Source of the DNA: a virus
Length of the DNA stretch: 64,000 nucleotides
Virus record (IMG/VR): IMGVR_UViG_3300025872_000050
Location: 1-64,000 of that record
Strand: one strand, 5' to 3'
Numbering within the stretch: position 1 is the first letter of the stretch; every line of letters starts with the position of its first letter. The position numbers were made by a program, and so were the translations under genes. Shown here one piece after another: positions 38,653 to 48,045 of this stretch. The notes under the pieces were generated by a model. The model was not told the DNA's origin. It searched no databases and worked only from the letters and a program-made list of their open reading frames with translations.

Positions 38653-38859
38653 ATGGCTAACGACAACATCGAAGATCTCCCGGCGTCCACGCCTGGGATC
38701 GTCGTCATCAAGGACTACCCGAACGGGACGTCTCTGATCGAGTGCCACCACCACTCAAGCCAGGTCACCGGGGTCATCTGCGGCGTCTGCAGGGCGTCGA
38801 TCTCCGAGACGCGTCCCGTGAAGAAAGTCGTCCGGCTCACGGCTGGGAAGCTGCTATGA
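38653..38859 (+). CDS. Hypothetical small protein
   Basis: GGAGG RBS; CxH/CxxC residues. Confidence 0.55.
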   Translation: MANDNIEDLPASTPGIVVIKDYPNGTSLIECHHHSSQVTGVICGVCRASISETRPVKKVVRLTAGKLL

Positions 38860-39536
38860 CGACTGGCCACGAGCACAAGACGATCACCGAGCTGCGCAAC
38901 CAGCTCAACTGGTGGAAGAACAACCCGAAGGCGCGCAGGCAGCATCCCAAAGACGTCGTCGACGAGATGGTGGACTCGCTCGAAGCTGAGATCGCCAAGC
39001 GCCCGCGAGGCCCAGGCCGTCCAGTCGGGTACAAGGTCAGCGACGAGACCAAGGCCAAGATCTCGCGTTCGCGCAAGGAGGGCAAGGCTCTTCGCGAGAC
39101 CTTGAAAGCGGGCGCCGTGCCGCCCGAGCGCGTCCACGAGAGCATCCCGCCTCCTCCGGCCACGGCGGACATCGACGAGGGCCTGAGGCGCGAGATCTGG
39201 GAACGGGATCAGCGGCGATGTCGGGGATGCCACTCGCCGTCGCACGAGAGCAGCTTCAACAAGAAGCGCGGACGCTGGAAGGTGCGCTACCGCTCCGAGG
39301 ATGGCGTCATGGTCACGCAGATCAACAGAGATGCCCCGTCCGGCGAGAACCTCATCACGCTCTGCGCGTTCTGCCGCGAGATGGTCGCTCAGGGCGGCCT
39401 GAGCATGATCGGGCTGCGAGGGACGTACTTCAGCGCGTCGGACATCGTCAACGAGCCGCAGTCTGGAGACCTGCTCGAAGGCGTCGACCCCATGTCGCTG
39501 GTCGGCGGTACTGGGAAGGAGTACAATGCCGGTTGA
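38856..39536 (+). CDS. NUMOD3 + degenerate HNH-like zinc-binding protein
   Basis: 'GYKVSDETKAKIS'; 'IWERDQRRCRGC...NLITLCAFC'; catalytic His not evident. Confidence 0.65.
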   Translation: MTTGHEHKTITELRNQLNWWKNNPKARRQHPKDVVDEMVDSLEAEIAKRPRGPGRPVGYKVSDETKAKISRSRKEGKALRETLKAGAVPPERVHESIPPPPATADIDEGLRREIWERDQRRCRGCHSPSHESSFNKKRGRWKVRYRSEDGVMVTQINRDAPSGENLITLCAFCREMVAQGGLSMIGLRGTYFSASDIVNEPQSGDLLEGVDPMSLVGGTGKEYNAG

Positions 39537-41238
39537 AGCGCGCAGGGTGCGCAACGCGATCAGAGTCGGGTTCCCGTACGACCGCGGGGTCATCGACCGC
39601 GTGAAGCAGATCCCCGGCTACGAGTGGGACAAGGGGAAGCGCGAGTGGAAGTTCCCGCTCGACACGCTCACGGTGGACTACCTCGTGCGCATGTTCGACG
39701 ACCTGACGATCGACCCGAGCCTGTCCGACTGGTACGACGCGGCCAAGAAGCGCGCCGACCGCATCAAGCTGGCGCGATCAGGCGAGCTCGACCAGCTGCT
39801 GTACGAGCACTCACTCAAGCTCTACCCCTACCAGAAGACGATGGTCGCCTTCATGACCGAGGCCAAGCGCTGCCTCAACAGCGACCAGATGGGCTTGGGC
39901 AAGACGATCGAGACGATCGCGTCCATCCGTGAGCTCGATCTGAGAGGCGAGCTCGAGAATCGGCGCTTCCTGATCGTCTGCCCCAACTCGATGCGGTACA
40001 CGTGGATGCGGGAGATCGCGACGTGGTACCCCGAGACGCTGCCTGTCGCGGTCGTCAACAGCGGGCGTGAGCTCGAGGCCGACGAGGGCTGGTTCATCAT
40101 CAACTGGGAGAAGCTCTGGAGGCGCGAGGCTGCGCTCCTGGCCAAGCCGTTCGGTGCCATCGTCGGTGACGAGTCGCATCGCATGAAGAACAAGGACGCG
40201 AAGCAGTCGAAGGCGATGCACAAGCTCGACTCCAAGGTGAAGTTCCTGCTGTCGGGCACGCCGATCAAGAACCACGTGCCCGAGCTCTGGTCACAGCTGC
40301 ACTGGCTCGACCGCGCGCGGTTCTCGAGCTACTGGAAGTTCATGGACCAGTACGTCATGCTCCAGGAAGACTTCTGGGGCCACAAGCAGATCGTCGGCAC
40401 CAAGAACGAGGACGAGCTGCGCGAGGTCCTGACCACGATCCAGATGGGCCGCACGATCGACGAGGCTTGGCACGATCGGCCGACGCTCGTCGGTCCGAAG
40501 CTGCTGCGCGTCACGCTCGGAGACCGGCAGCGCAAGGCGTACACGCAGATGCAGGAGGAGCTCGTCGCCGAGATCGAGCGCACCGACAGCGACGTGGGCG
40601 ACATCATCAAGGCGCCCAACTGGATGACGCAGTTCCTGAGGCTCAAGCAGATCGCGGGCTCGCTGGGCATCTTCAGCGACGAGCACAAGGACTCCGCCAA
40701 GCTGGACCTCCTGTTCGAGAAGATGGAGGAGGCCGAGGGCGAGAAGATCGTCGTCATGTCTCAGTTCCGCACGCTCACGATGGAGCTGCATGAGCGCCTC
40801 AAGCAGGCGGGCGAGCCGCACATCGTCCTGACTGGGCAAGGCGTCGGATCGTGGGACCCCTCTGACGGCTACAAGAAGTTCGCCACCAGAGACGATGCCT
40901 GCGTCGCGTTCAACACCGACCCCAAGTGGCGGCTCTTCATCGCGACCACGCAGACTGGAGGCGAGGGGCTCACGCTCGTGGGAGCGCGCTACTTCTTCTT
41001 CCTCGACCTGCTCTGGACTCCGGCCGACAACGATCAGGCCTGGGCCCGCGTCTACCGCCGCGGCCAGACGCGCACCACGTTCGTCTACGCGATCGTCGCC
41101 GACGACACCATCGACTTCAGCGGCATCTTGCCAAAGCTGAAGACCAAGAGGGACATCATCGAGGCGGTGTTGGGTAAGCGAGACGAGTCGGAGGTGCCGC
41201 TCAGCACGAACGACGCGAACGAGCCCGACGAGGCATAA
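39526..41238 (+). CDS. SNF2-family helicase/translocase
   Basis: LYPYQ, DQMGLGKT, DESH, LSGTP, GEGLTL, QAWARVYRRGQ. Confidence 0.92.
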   Translation: MPVEARRVRNAIRVGFPYDRGVIDRVKQIPGYEWDKGKREWKFPLDTLTVDYLVRMFDDLTIDPSLSDWYDAAKKRADRIKLARSGELDQLLYEHSLKLYPYQKTMVAFMTEAKRCLNSDQMGLGKTIETIASIRELDLRGELENRRFLIVCPNSMRYTWMREIATWYPETLPVAVVNSGRELEADEGWFIINWEKLWRREAALLAKPFGAIVGDESHRMKNKDAKQSKAMHKLDSKVKFLLSGTPIKNHVPELWSQLHWLDRARFSSYWKFMDQYVMLQEDFWGHKQIVGTKNEDELREVLTTIQMGRTIDEAWHDRPTLVGPKLLRVTLGDRQRKAYTQMQEELVAEIERTDSDVGDIIKAPNWMTQFLRLKQIAGSLGIFSDEHKDSAKLDLLFEKMEEAEGEKIVVMSQFRTLTMELHERLKQAGEPHIVLTGQGVGSWDPSDGYKKFATRDDACVAFNTDPKWRLFIATTQTGGEGLTLVGARYFFFLDLLWTPADNDQAWARVYRRGQTRTTFVYAIVADDTIDFSGILPKLKTKRDIIEAVLGKRDESEVPLSTNDANEPDEA

Positions 41239-41262
41239 CTCAGTCGGGTATATTCCCGTAAC
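41235..41262 (+). promoter_or_regulatory. Repeated intergenic motif A, copy 3
   Basis: ataactcagtcgggtatattcccgtaac. Confidence 0.55.
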
Positions 41263-41286
41263 CATTATCTCGAAAGCGAGGTGATC

Positions 41287-41712
41287 ATGCAGACGTTCCT
41301 CCCGTACGACGACTTCGTGCAGACGTCGCGCTGTCTCGACCGCCAGCGTCTCGGCAAGCAGCGAGTCGAGGTTCTTCAGCTGCTGAAGGCCTTCGACACA
41401 GGTAAGGGCTGGGTCAACCACCCAGCCGCGAAGATGTGGCGCGGGTACGAGGGCAAGCTGATCGACTACGGCCACGAGATCTGCCAGGAGTGGAAAGAGC
41501 GCGGCTACAAGGACACGTGCGACGAGAAGATCTGTGCCTACGAGCTCGTGTTCGACGTCGATCGCCTCATGGACCCGATGCCGCCGTGGATGGGCGATCC
41601 CGCGTTCCACCTGAGCCACAAGAGCAACCTGCTGCGCAAGATGCCCGACCACTACCGTCAGTTCTGGCCGGACGTGCCCGACGATCTGCCCTACGTGTGG
41701 CCTGTGAACTAA
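41287..41712 (+). CDS. MSMEG_6728 family / pyrimidine-dimer glycosylase-like protein
   Basis: MQTFLPY..F...LD..RLGKQRVE, W.NHPA.KMWRGY, H.SH.SNLLRK.P.HY, LPYVWP. Confidence 0.85.
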   Translation: MQTFLPYDDFVQTSRCLDRQRLGKQRVEVLQLLKAFDTGKGWVNHPAAKMWRGYEGKLIDYGHEICQEWKERGYKDTCDEKICAYELVFDVDRLMDPMPPWMGDPAFHLSHKSNLLRKMPDHYRQFWPDVPDDLPYVWPVN

Positions 41713-41757
41713 AGTAAACTACACGAGAGCGGCTCGAATAAAACTCGGGCTGCTAGG

Positions 41758-41794
41758 TATCTTCTTCCTCCGCAAAATGTTACAATACACTAGT
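41758..41794 (+). promoter_or_regulatory. Promoter with extended -10 (TGtTACAAT)
   Basis: AT-rich gap; resembles 57866-57900 (cttcttcctccgcaaaatgttacaatacactagt vs ctttttccctccgaaaagtatacaatactagt). Confidence 0.6.
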
Positions 41795-41820
41795 ACAACT
41801 CGAAGGAAAGGCTGCGTACC

Positions 41821-42057
41821 GTGACCCAAGACTTGCGCTCGCGCGTCGAGCGAACCGAAGCGCTGATGCGCCGGTTCATCGCGCTGAAGATCAGTGCCGC
41901 GCGCTGGGCCCAGCACACTCGCGACATCGACCAGGAGGTGAGCTATCGCACGATCCGTCGCGTGATCGAGGGAGACATCCCAACGCTGACAACCATCGAT
42001 CGCCTTGAGAAGGCGCTCGACGCAGAAGAGGAGAATCGGCTTGCAACAGCAGCATAG
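41821..42057 (+). CDS. Small HTH (XRE/Cro-like) DNA-binding protein
   Basis: 'VSYRTIRRVIEGDIPTLTTIDRLEKAL'. Confidence 0.65.
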   Translation: MTQDLRSRVERTEALMRRFIALKISAARWAQHTRDIDQEVSYRTIRRVIEGDIPTLTTIDRLEKALDAEEENRLATAA

Positions 42058-42490
42058 CGCCGTTTCGCCGAGCCTCGACAACGAGATCAGAAACTACGTC
42101 TCCAAGAGACGCAGGTACGAGCATCTCCAGGCTGAGGCAGATGAAGCGAAACGGACATGGAGAGAACAGGAGCAAGCGCTTTGGACGTTCCTGGAGTCCG
42201 AGGATCTGAAGACGGTGCACCACACGCTCGGCCGCATCACTCGCGGCACTCGTCAGATCGCTCTCATCAAGGACCCGGAGTCGCTGATGCGTGAGCTGGA
42301 CGATCTTGGCCTTCGAGGAGCGATGACCAAGATCGAGTTCCGCAAGGCTGAGATCAACAAGCTCACGCGCGAGCGCGAGAACGCCGGCAAGGACCTGCCC
42401 GCCGGGATCGAGCTGCTCACGTCCAACACGATCACGTACACGCCGTCGCGGGTAGCCCCCGAGGGGATGGAAAGGGAGGTCGAGGACTGA
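42041..42490 (+). CDS. Conserved phage replication-region coiled-coil protein
   Basis: GAGGAG before TTG; 'GKDLPAGIE' C-terminal motif. Confidence 0.6.
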   Translation: MQQQHSAVSPSLDNEIRNYVSKRRRYEHLQAEADEAKRTWREQEQALWTFLESEDLKTVHHTLGRITRGTRQIALIKDPESLMRELDDLGLRGAMTKIEFRKAEINKLTRERENAGKDLPAGIELLTSNTITYTPSRVAPEGMEREVED

Positions 42491-43332
42491 TGACCGGCAA
42501 GGAAGTCGCCGTACCGGAAGGAGCCGAGCTCGAGCTGACAGCCGAGCAGCAGGCCTACATGGACGAGCTGTCTCGCGATGCCAAGTCGGGCATCGACATG
42601 CGGGAGGACATCACCCTCCCCGCGCTCAAGCTCGTCCAGGCAACGTCGTCCGACGTGGGAGACGCCCGCAAGGGTGAGATCTACCACACGTTGTCAGGCG
42701 AGGCGTTCAAGACGGTGCAGTTCCTCATCATCACGACCTTCAAGACGAGGACGTACTGGGGCGATCGCGAGGACCTCGGTGGTCCTCCGGTGTGCTCGTC
42801 CGACAACGCCCTTGACGGCTGGGGCACGCCCACCGAAGAGGAGGTCGAGCGCGACGGCGGCGTGCCGTACGGCCAGCTCCTCACCCAGAAGGGCCCTCAC
42901 GGTGGCGGTTCCTGCCGCGCGTGCCCGAAGGCCGTCTTCGGCGCGGGCTGCCAGGAGCAGTACAACTACCTGGGCTACATCATCGGCGACGAGGGAGGCA
43001 TCGACGGGCAGCTGCCCGCCGGCGTCCTCATGAAGCGCACCAGCGTCAAGGTCGCGAAGCGGCTCAACGCGCTGATCCTCAACATGAAGTACCCGTGGTC
43101 GAACATCATCGAGCTGACGTCCAAGGACGACGTCAACAAGGCGGGCCAGGCCTTCCAGATCTGGGAGATCAAGAAGGGTCGGCCGGCCACGATGGACGAG
43201 ATGGTGGGAGCGGCACGCGCTGCTGCCCAGCTCAAGGAGGCGAGGGACGCCGGCCAGCGCATCACGGTCGACGACTCCGATCCCGCGTCCGAGAGCTCCT
43301 CGGCCACCGGCGACAGCGACATCCCGTTCTGA
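42490..43332 (+). CDS. Putative ssDNA-binding protein
   Basis: 'LPALKLVQ..S', 'PVCSS', CxxC; acidic tail ending DSDIPF. Confidence 0.65.
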   Translation: MTGKEVAVPEGAELELTAEQQAYMDELSRDAKSGIDMREDITLPALKLVQATSSDVGDARKGEIYHTLSGEAFKTVQFLIITTFKTRTYWGDREDLGGPPVCSSDNALDGWGTPTEEEVERDGGVPYGQLLTQKGPHGGGSCRACPKAVFGAGCQEQYNYLGYIIGDEGGIDGQLPAGVLMKRTSVKVAKRLNALILNMKYPWSNIIELTSKDDVNKAGQAFQIWEIKKGRPATMDEMVGAARAAAQLKEARDAGQRITVDDSDPASESSSATGDSDIPF

Positions 43333-43338
43333 GACATG

Positions 43339-43383
43339 AGGGGCCGCCGAAAGGCGGCCCCTACGTCTCCTTGCTCGGAGACG
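43339..43383 (+). terminator. Tandem hairpins (attenuator/terminator-like) before the primase-helicase gene
   Basis: AGGGGCCGCC-GAAA-GGCGGCCCCT, then CGTCTCC-ttgctc-GGAGACG; no U tract. Confidence 0.55.
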
Positions 43384-43393
43384 GGGGTCGTCT

Positions 43394-46342
43394 GTGTCTA
43401 TCAATGAACTACTGAGATCGCTGCTGGGAGACCGGATCCCTCCGGGCTCGCACGGCGATGTCTCGATCAAGTGCTTCCATCACGAGGATGAGCATAACTC
43501 GTGCTCGCTCAACCTCGACACGGGGTTGTGGGTCTGCCATTCGTCTGGGCAGGGCGGGAACCTGCTCACGGCCGTGAAGCACATCAAGGGATGCTCGTCA
43601 GCTGAGGCTAAGAAGTTCATCGCTGAAGCTGGGATCGACATGGGGAAGGCTCAGCCGAAGACCAAGGCGGACGAGCCCGACAAGATCATCGACGAGTCGA
43701 TCTCGAAGGTCTATCAGAAGAACCTCGCCCACAATCCCGAGGCGCGCTCGACTGCGATCACCGACTTTGGCTGGTCGGACGAGGCGATGCGCGAGTTCGA
43801 GATCGGCTGGGACGAGAAGACCCAGCGCTACGTCTACCCCATCCGCAACGAGATGGGGCAGCTCGTCAACTTCAGGCTGTACGACCCGAAGGCGTCCGGC
43901 GAGAACAAGGTCATCTCCTGGAAGAGAGGCCACGGCCAAGTTAGGCTGTGGCCTTTCACGTCTCTGGACGCGGACACGCTCGTGCTCTGCGAGGGCGAGA
44001 AGGACTGCGTCATCATGAACCAGGTCCTTCGCGACAACCGCGTCGAGGGCTGGGCAGCGATCACCGGCACGGGTGGAGCAGGCACGTGGAAGTCCGCCTG
44101 GAACGAGCGCTTCGCTGAGAAGGACGTCATCATCATCTACGACCGCGATCCCGCTGGGATCGAGGCTGCGCAGAAGGTGGCGACTGAGCTGATCGACCAC
44201 GCGACGCGCGTCAAGGTGATCACGCTCGACATCATCCAACCCAAGAACGCAGACGTCACCGACTACTTCGTCGTCGGAGGCAAGGGGTGGGACGACCTCA
44301 AGCGGCTGATCGACGAGACTGACTACTTCACGCCGCAGACCAAGGTGCACAAGCCGGTCGGGGTCAAGGACGAGACGCTCTACAAGCCGCACCTCGCAGA
44401 GGCGTCAGAGGACCGTTACCTCTACAAGAGGCTCGAGCTCAAGGTCATGGTGGCCGGCAAGGACCTCGCGCCGTATGCGGTGCCGAGGACGATGACCTTC
44501 GACTGCTACATGGACCAAGGCAACATGTGCAACGGCTGCTCGAACGCCAACAACAACGGGCTGCAGGTCGTCGACATCCACGACGACGACCCCGACATCA
44601 TCAAGCTCGTCAAGGTGCCTGAGGACGTGCAGCAGAACGTCATCCGACGCAAGCGAGGCATCAACACGCGCTGTCGAGCGGTCGAGGTGACGTCCGACGA
44701 CTACCACAACGTGGAAGAGGTCACGCTGATCCCGGAGCTCGACTTCAGCTCGCAGCTCGAACGTGAGCACGTGAGCCGCACGGCGTACGTCATGGAGCAC
44801 GGGATCATGGCCAACAAGAGCTACGTCATGCGCGGCACGTCTGTGCCCCATCCCAAGAGCCAGCACGTTGTCCACTTCGTCGAGCAGGTCGACCCGGCAC
44901 AGGACTCGATCGACGGCTTCGAGCTGGACGACGTCAAGATCGACCGGCTCAAGAAGTTCCAGGTCAACAAGCCCGGCATCGAGGGAGTGCGCGCCAAGTT
45001 CGAGGAGATCGCCCACGACCTGACGATCAACGTGACGCGGATCTACGGCCGCGAGGACCTGATCGTCTCGGCCGATCTCTGCTACCACTCGGTGATCGCC
45101 TTCGACTTCATGGACAAGCCTGTCGCGAAGGCCTGGGGCGACATCATCATCCTCGGCGATACGAGGACGGGGAAGTCAGAGACGATCGCGGCGCTCGTGA
45201 AGCACTACCGCCTCGGCTCCATGAGCGTGGCCGAGAACACGAGCTTTGCCGGACTGATCGGCGGCCTGCGTCAGGAAGCTGGCGGACGTTGGTCGATCAT
45301 GTGGGGCTCGATCCCGCTCAACGATCGGCGGCTGCTCGTGATCGACGAGGCCTCGGGCCTGTCGGTCGACTCGATCGGAGCCATGTCCGGCATCCGCTCG
45401 AACGGCATCGCTGAGATGATCAAGATCGCGGGCATCCAGAGGACGATGGCCCGCACGCGGCTGATCTGGATCACCAACCCTCGGAACCCGAGAGCCATGA
45501 GCGAGTACTCGCACGGGGTCGAGGTGATCAGGGAGGTGATCGGCCGGCCGGAGGACATCGCTCGCTTCGACTTCGCCATCAGCGCGGCGACGAACGAGGT
45601 CTCGATCGACCTCATCAACGCGTTCACACACGAGCACGTGCCACACGAGTACACGAGCGACATGTGCCGCTTGCTGATCCTCTGGGCCTGGAGTCGCAAG
45701 TCGGAGAACATCGTCTTCACCGAGCCCGCGGTCAAGAAGGTGCTCGAGCTCGCTACCGAACAGAGCTCCCGCTACGCATCGGAGGGCGGCATCCCGCTCG
45801 TCGAAGGAGGCAACCACCGCATCAAGCTCGCCAAGCTGGCGGTCGCCGCAGCGATCAGAGTCTTCAGCACAGAGGACGGCGTCAACGTCATCGTCAAGCC
45901 GGAGCACGTCGAGTTCGTGGCGGGGCACCTCGACCAGCTGTACGAAAAGCGCTCGCTCGACTACTCCGGCTTCAGCCAGGCAGTGCTGGCGAGGTCGCAT
46001 GTGCCTGACTCCGCGATCCTCGACGCCGAGGAGTGGGTCAAGCAGAACCCCGAGTGGGCCGAGCTCTGGCTGCTCTACCCGGCCCTCAGGGTGGACGACT
46101 TCAAGAACCAGTTCGATCTCGAGGTGAAGGAGGTCAAGAGCGAGATCATCAGGCCGCTGAGCAAGCTGCGCATGATCGAGAAGTCGCGGGAGAGCGCGTT
46201 CCGCAAGACTCCGGTCTTCATCGACGTGCTCAAGCGTATGCGCGAGGTCGGCCACATCTCGTTCGGCCAGGCCAACGGGTCCGCTCCTGCTGCGGCACCT
46301 GTCGCAGCGGCTGTGGCGGATGACGACGACATCCCGTTCTAG
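43394..46342 (+). CDS. Primase-helicase: CHC2-type Zn finger + TOPRIM + MCM-type AAA+ helicase
   Basis: CFHH.D; LCEGEKD; YDRD.AG; GDTRTGKS; SFAGLIGG; LVIDE; IARFD. Confidence 0.85.
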   Translation: MSINELLRSLLGDRIPPGSHGDVSIKCFHHEDEHNSCSLNLDTGLWVCHSSGQGGNLLTAVKHIKGCSSAEAKKFIAEAGIDMGKAQPKTKADEPDKIIDESISKVYQKNLAHNPEARSTAITDFGWSDEAMREFEIGWDEKTQRYVYPIRNEMGQLVNFRLYDPKASGENKVISWKRGHGQVRLWPFTSLDADTLVLCEGEKDCVIMNQVLRDNRVEGWAAITGTGGAGTWKSAWNERFAEKDVIIIYDRDPAGIEAAQKVATELIDHATRVKVITLDIIQPKNADVTDYFVVGGKGWDDLKRLIDETDYFTPQTKVHKPVGVKDETLYKPHLAEASEDRYLYKRLELKVMVAGKDLAPYAVPRTMTFDCYMDQGNMCNGCSNANNNGLQVVDIHDDDPDIIKLVKVPEDVQQNVIRRKRGINTRCRAVEVTSDDYHNVEEVTLIPELDFSSQLEREHVSRTAYVMEHGIMANKSYVMRGTSVPHPKSQHVVHFVEQVDPAQDSIDGFELDDVKIDRLKKFQVNKPGIEGVRAKFEEIAHDLTINVTRIYGREDLIVSADLCYHSVIAFDFMDKPVAKAWGDIIILGDTRTGKSETIAALVKHYRLGSMSVAENTSFAGLIGGLRQEAGGRWSIMWGSIPLNDRRLLVIDEASGLSVDSIGAMSGIRSNGIAEMIKIAGIQRTMARTRLIWITNPRNPRAMSEYSHGVEVIREVIGRPEDIARFDFAISAATNEVSIDLINAFTHEHVPHEYTSDMCRLLILWAWSRKSENIVFTEPAVKKVLELATEQSSRYASEGGIPLVEGGNHRIKLAKLAVAAAIRVFSTEDGVNVIVKPEHVEFVAGHLDQLYEKRSLDYSGFSQAVLARSHVPDSAILDAEEWVKQNPEWAELWLLYPALRVDDFKNQFDLEVKEVKSEIIRPLSKLRMIEKSRESAFRKTPVFIDVLKRMREVGHISFGQANGSAPAAAPVAAAVADDDDIPF

Positions 46343-46350
46343 GAGGTGAC

Positions 46351-46788
46351 ATGGAAAGACAGGAGATGAAGGACCTTGAGCTGTTCCAAGCTCCCGCTGA
46401 GTTCGATCCCCTCGAGTCTCAGCGCGAGCTCCAGCGCAAGATCTGGGCCCGCGGTGTCAACGAAGGCAGAGCACCGGTGCCGCATCACGCGACCGCCGTC
46501 ACGTACGAACAGCTGCTGCAGCGCATCCGCTTCAACCACGAGGCGGACGCCGCAGAGAAGATCGAGATGCTCGACTGGCTGCCGTGGAAGTCATGGAAGA
46601 CGTACGAGGTCTACCTCGACAAGCCGGTGGACGAAGACACGCGGCTCGAGCTCAAGTTCGAGCTGATCGACCGCTTCCACTTCATGCTCAACGAAGCGCT
46701 CGCGCTGGGCATGACGTGGTCGGAGTTCATGGACATCTTCTTCACCAAGCAGCTCGAGAACCACCGACGACAGGGCGAGGGATATTGA
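46351..46788 (+). CDS. Dimeric (all-alpha) dUTPase/dCTPase-type pyrophosphatase
   Basis: 'E.LDWLPWKSWK', 'ELIDRFHF', 'K..EN.RRQ..GY'. Confidence 0.8.
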   Translation: MERQEMKDLELFQAPAEFDPLESQRELQRKIWARGVNEGRAPVPHHATAVTYEQLLQRIRFNHEADAAEKIEMLDWLPWKSWKTYEVYLDKPVDEDTRLELKFELIDRFHFMLNEALALGMTWSEFMDIFFTKQLENHRRQGEGY

Positions 46789-46922
46789 TGGACTTCGAAG
46801 ATCAGCTGGAGGAGAACTTGCGCGAAGCCGTCCGCAAGATGCTCCGCAATGAGGCGCCGCTGTGGCACGTGCTCTCAGTGGTCGCAGAAGTCGGCCAGGA
46901 GGAAGCAGAGACCGATGACTGA
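46788..46922 (+). CDS. Small hypothetical protein
   Basis: TGATG coupling to the upstream gene. Confidence 0.45.
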   Translation: MDFEDQLEENLREAVRKMLRNEAPLWHVLSVVAEVGQEEAETDD

Positions 46923-48006
46923 CGTGAAGGCTCTGAGCATCATGATGGGCACGGGAGGCATGGCCGTCGGCTTCGAGAACGCCGGCGTCGAGACGGTCGC
47001 CTACCTCGAGAACAACCCGAACTACGGAGCTCCGACCAGGCGCAACTTCCCCGACGCGTGGCACACCACCGACATGGAGGAGTGGGACGCTGTCGTCGAG
47101 GAGTACACGGGAGAGATCCCGATCGTCTACGGCAACCCGCCGTGCCAGGGCTTGACAGGCGCGAACAAGGCGGCGTCTCCCGACCACTGGAAGAACAAGC
47201 TCTTCCCGCAGGCCGTCGAGTGGGCGGTGAAGCTCGAGCCCGAGATCATCGCCTTCGAGAACATCCCGCGCATGCTCTCGATGGGTCGCGAGCACCTCGC
47301 AGCTGCGGACGAGATCGCGAAGCATCACGGCTACCACCTCTCGATCCATCGACACGCAGCTGGAGACTTCGGAGTCTCCCAGCGTCGGCCACGAGTGATG
47401 TTCGTCTGGAGCAGGCGGCAGTACCTCTGGCCCAGCCACGAGTACCGCCCGCCGGCGACGGTCAAGGACGCGATCTCAGACCTCTACGAGGTCACGCCCA
47501 ACGATGACGGCTCGTGGATGAAGCACGAGGTCCCTCCACAGAGCGAGTACCAGGAGCTAATGCGCCTCACTCGCGACAGGGCGGGCACGGTCAAAGGCTT
47601 CGTCAACCACTACGCTATGTGGACAGCGCCGCATCACAGCGACATCCCTCAAGGCGGAGCATGGATGGAGATGGAGCGCGAGCTCCTCACCGACAAGGAG
47701 CGCGAGCGGCTCGACGCGGGCAGGATCTTCAACGCCGCTGAGATCAGGCGGCTTCGAGAGGACAAGCACGCGTCCACCGTCACGGCCATGCAGAACAAGA
47801 TGCACCCGCTCGAGCCTCGGCTGATCAGCGTGCGCGAGGCGGCTCGGCTGATGGGCTTCCCAGACTGGTTCGAGTTCCCCAACTCGTGGGACTACGGGCA
47901 GATGTCAGCGGGCGTGTGTCCGCCGGTCACCGAGTGGTTCGCCAAGATGTTCTCGCACGTGCTCGCAGGGACGCCGATCCCGGTCCCTGTCGGAAGGCTC
48001 TTCTAA
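46915..48006 (+). CDS. DNA (cytosine-5)-methyltransferase
   Basis: GNPPCQG, FENIP, FGVSQRRPR, REAARLMGFPD; motif I atypical (MMGTGG). Confidence 0.88.
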   Translation: MTDVKALSIMMGTGGMAVGFENAGVETVAYLENNPNYGAPTRRNFPDAWHTTDMEEWDAVVEEYTGEIPIVYGNPPCQGLTGANKAASPDHWKNKLFPQAVEWAVKLEPEIIAFENIPRMLSMGREHLAAADEIAKHHGYHLSIHRHAAGDFGVSQRRPRVMFVWSRRQYLWPSHEYRPPATVKDAISDLYEVTPNDDGSWMKHEVPPQSEYQELMRLTRDRAGTVKGFVNHYAMWTAPHHSDIPQGGAWMEMERELLTDKERERLDAGRIFNAAEIRRLREDKHASTVTAMQNKMHPLEPRLISVREAARLMGFPDWFEFPNSWDYGQMSAGVCPPVTEWFAKMFSHVLAGTPIPVPVGRLF

Positions 48007-48045
48007 GATGTATAATCAAAATATCCACAACTTCAAGGAGGCTGC

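Noticed and set aside
38856-39536. Active homing endonuclease or intron
   Set aside because: HNH catalytic histidines are not evident and no flanking gene is interrupted
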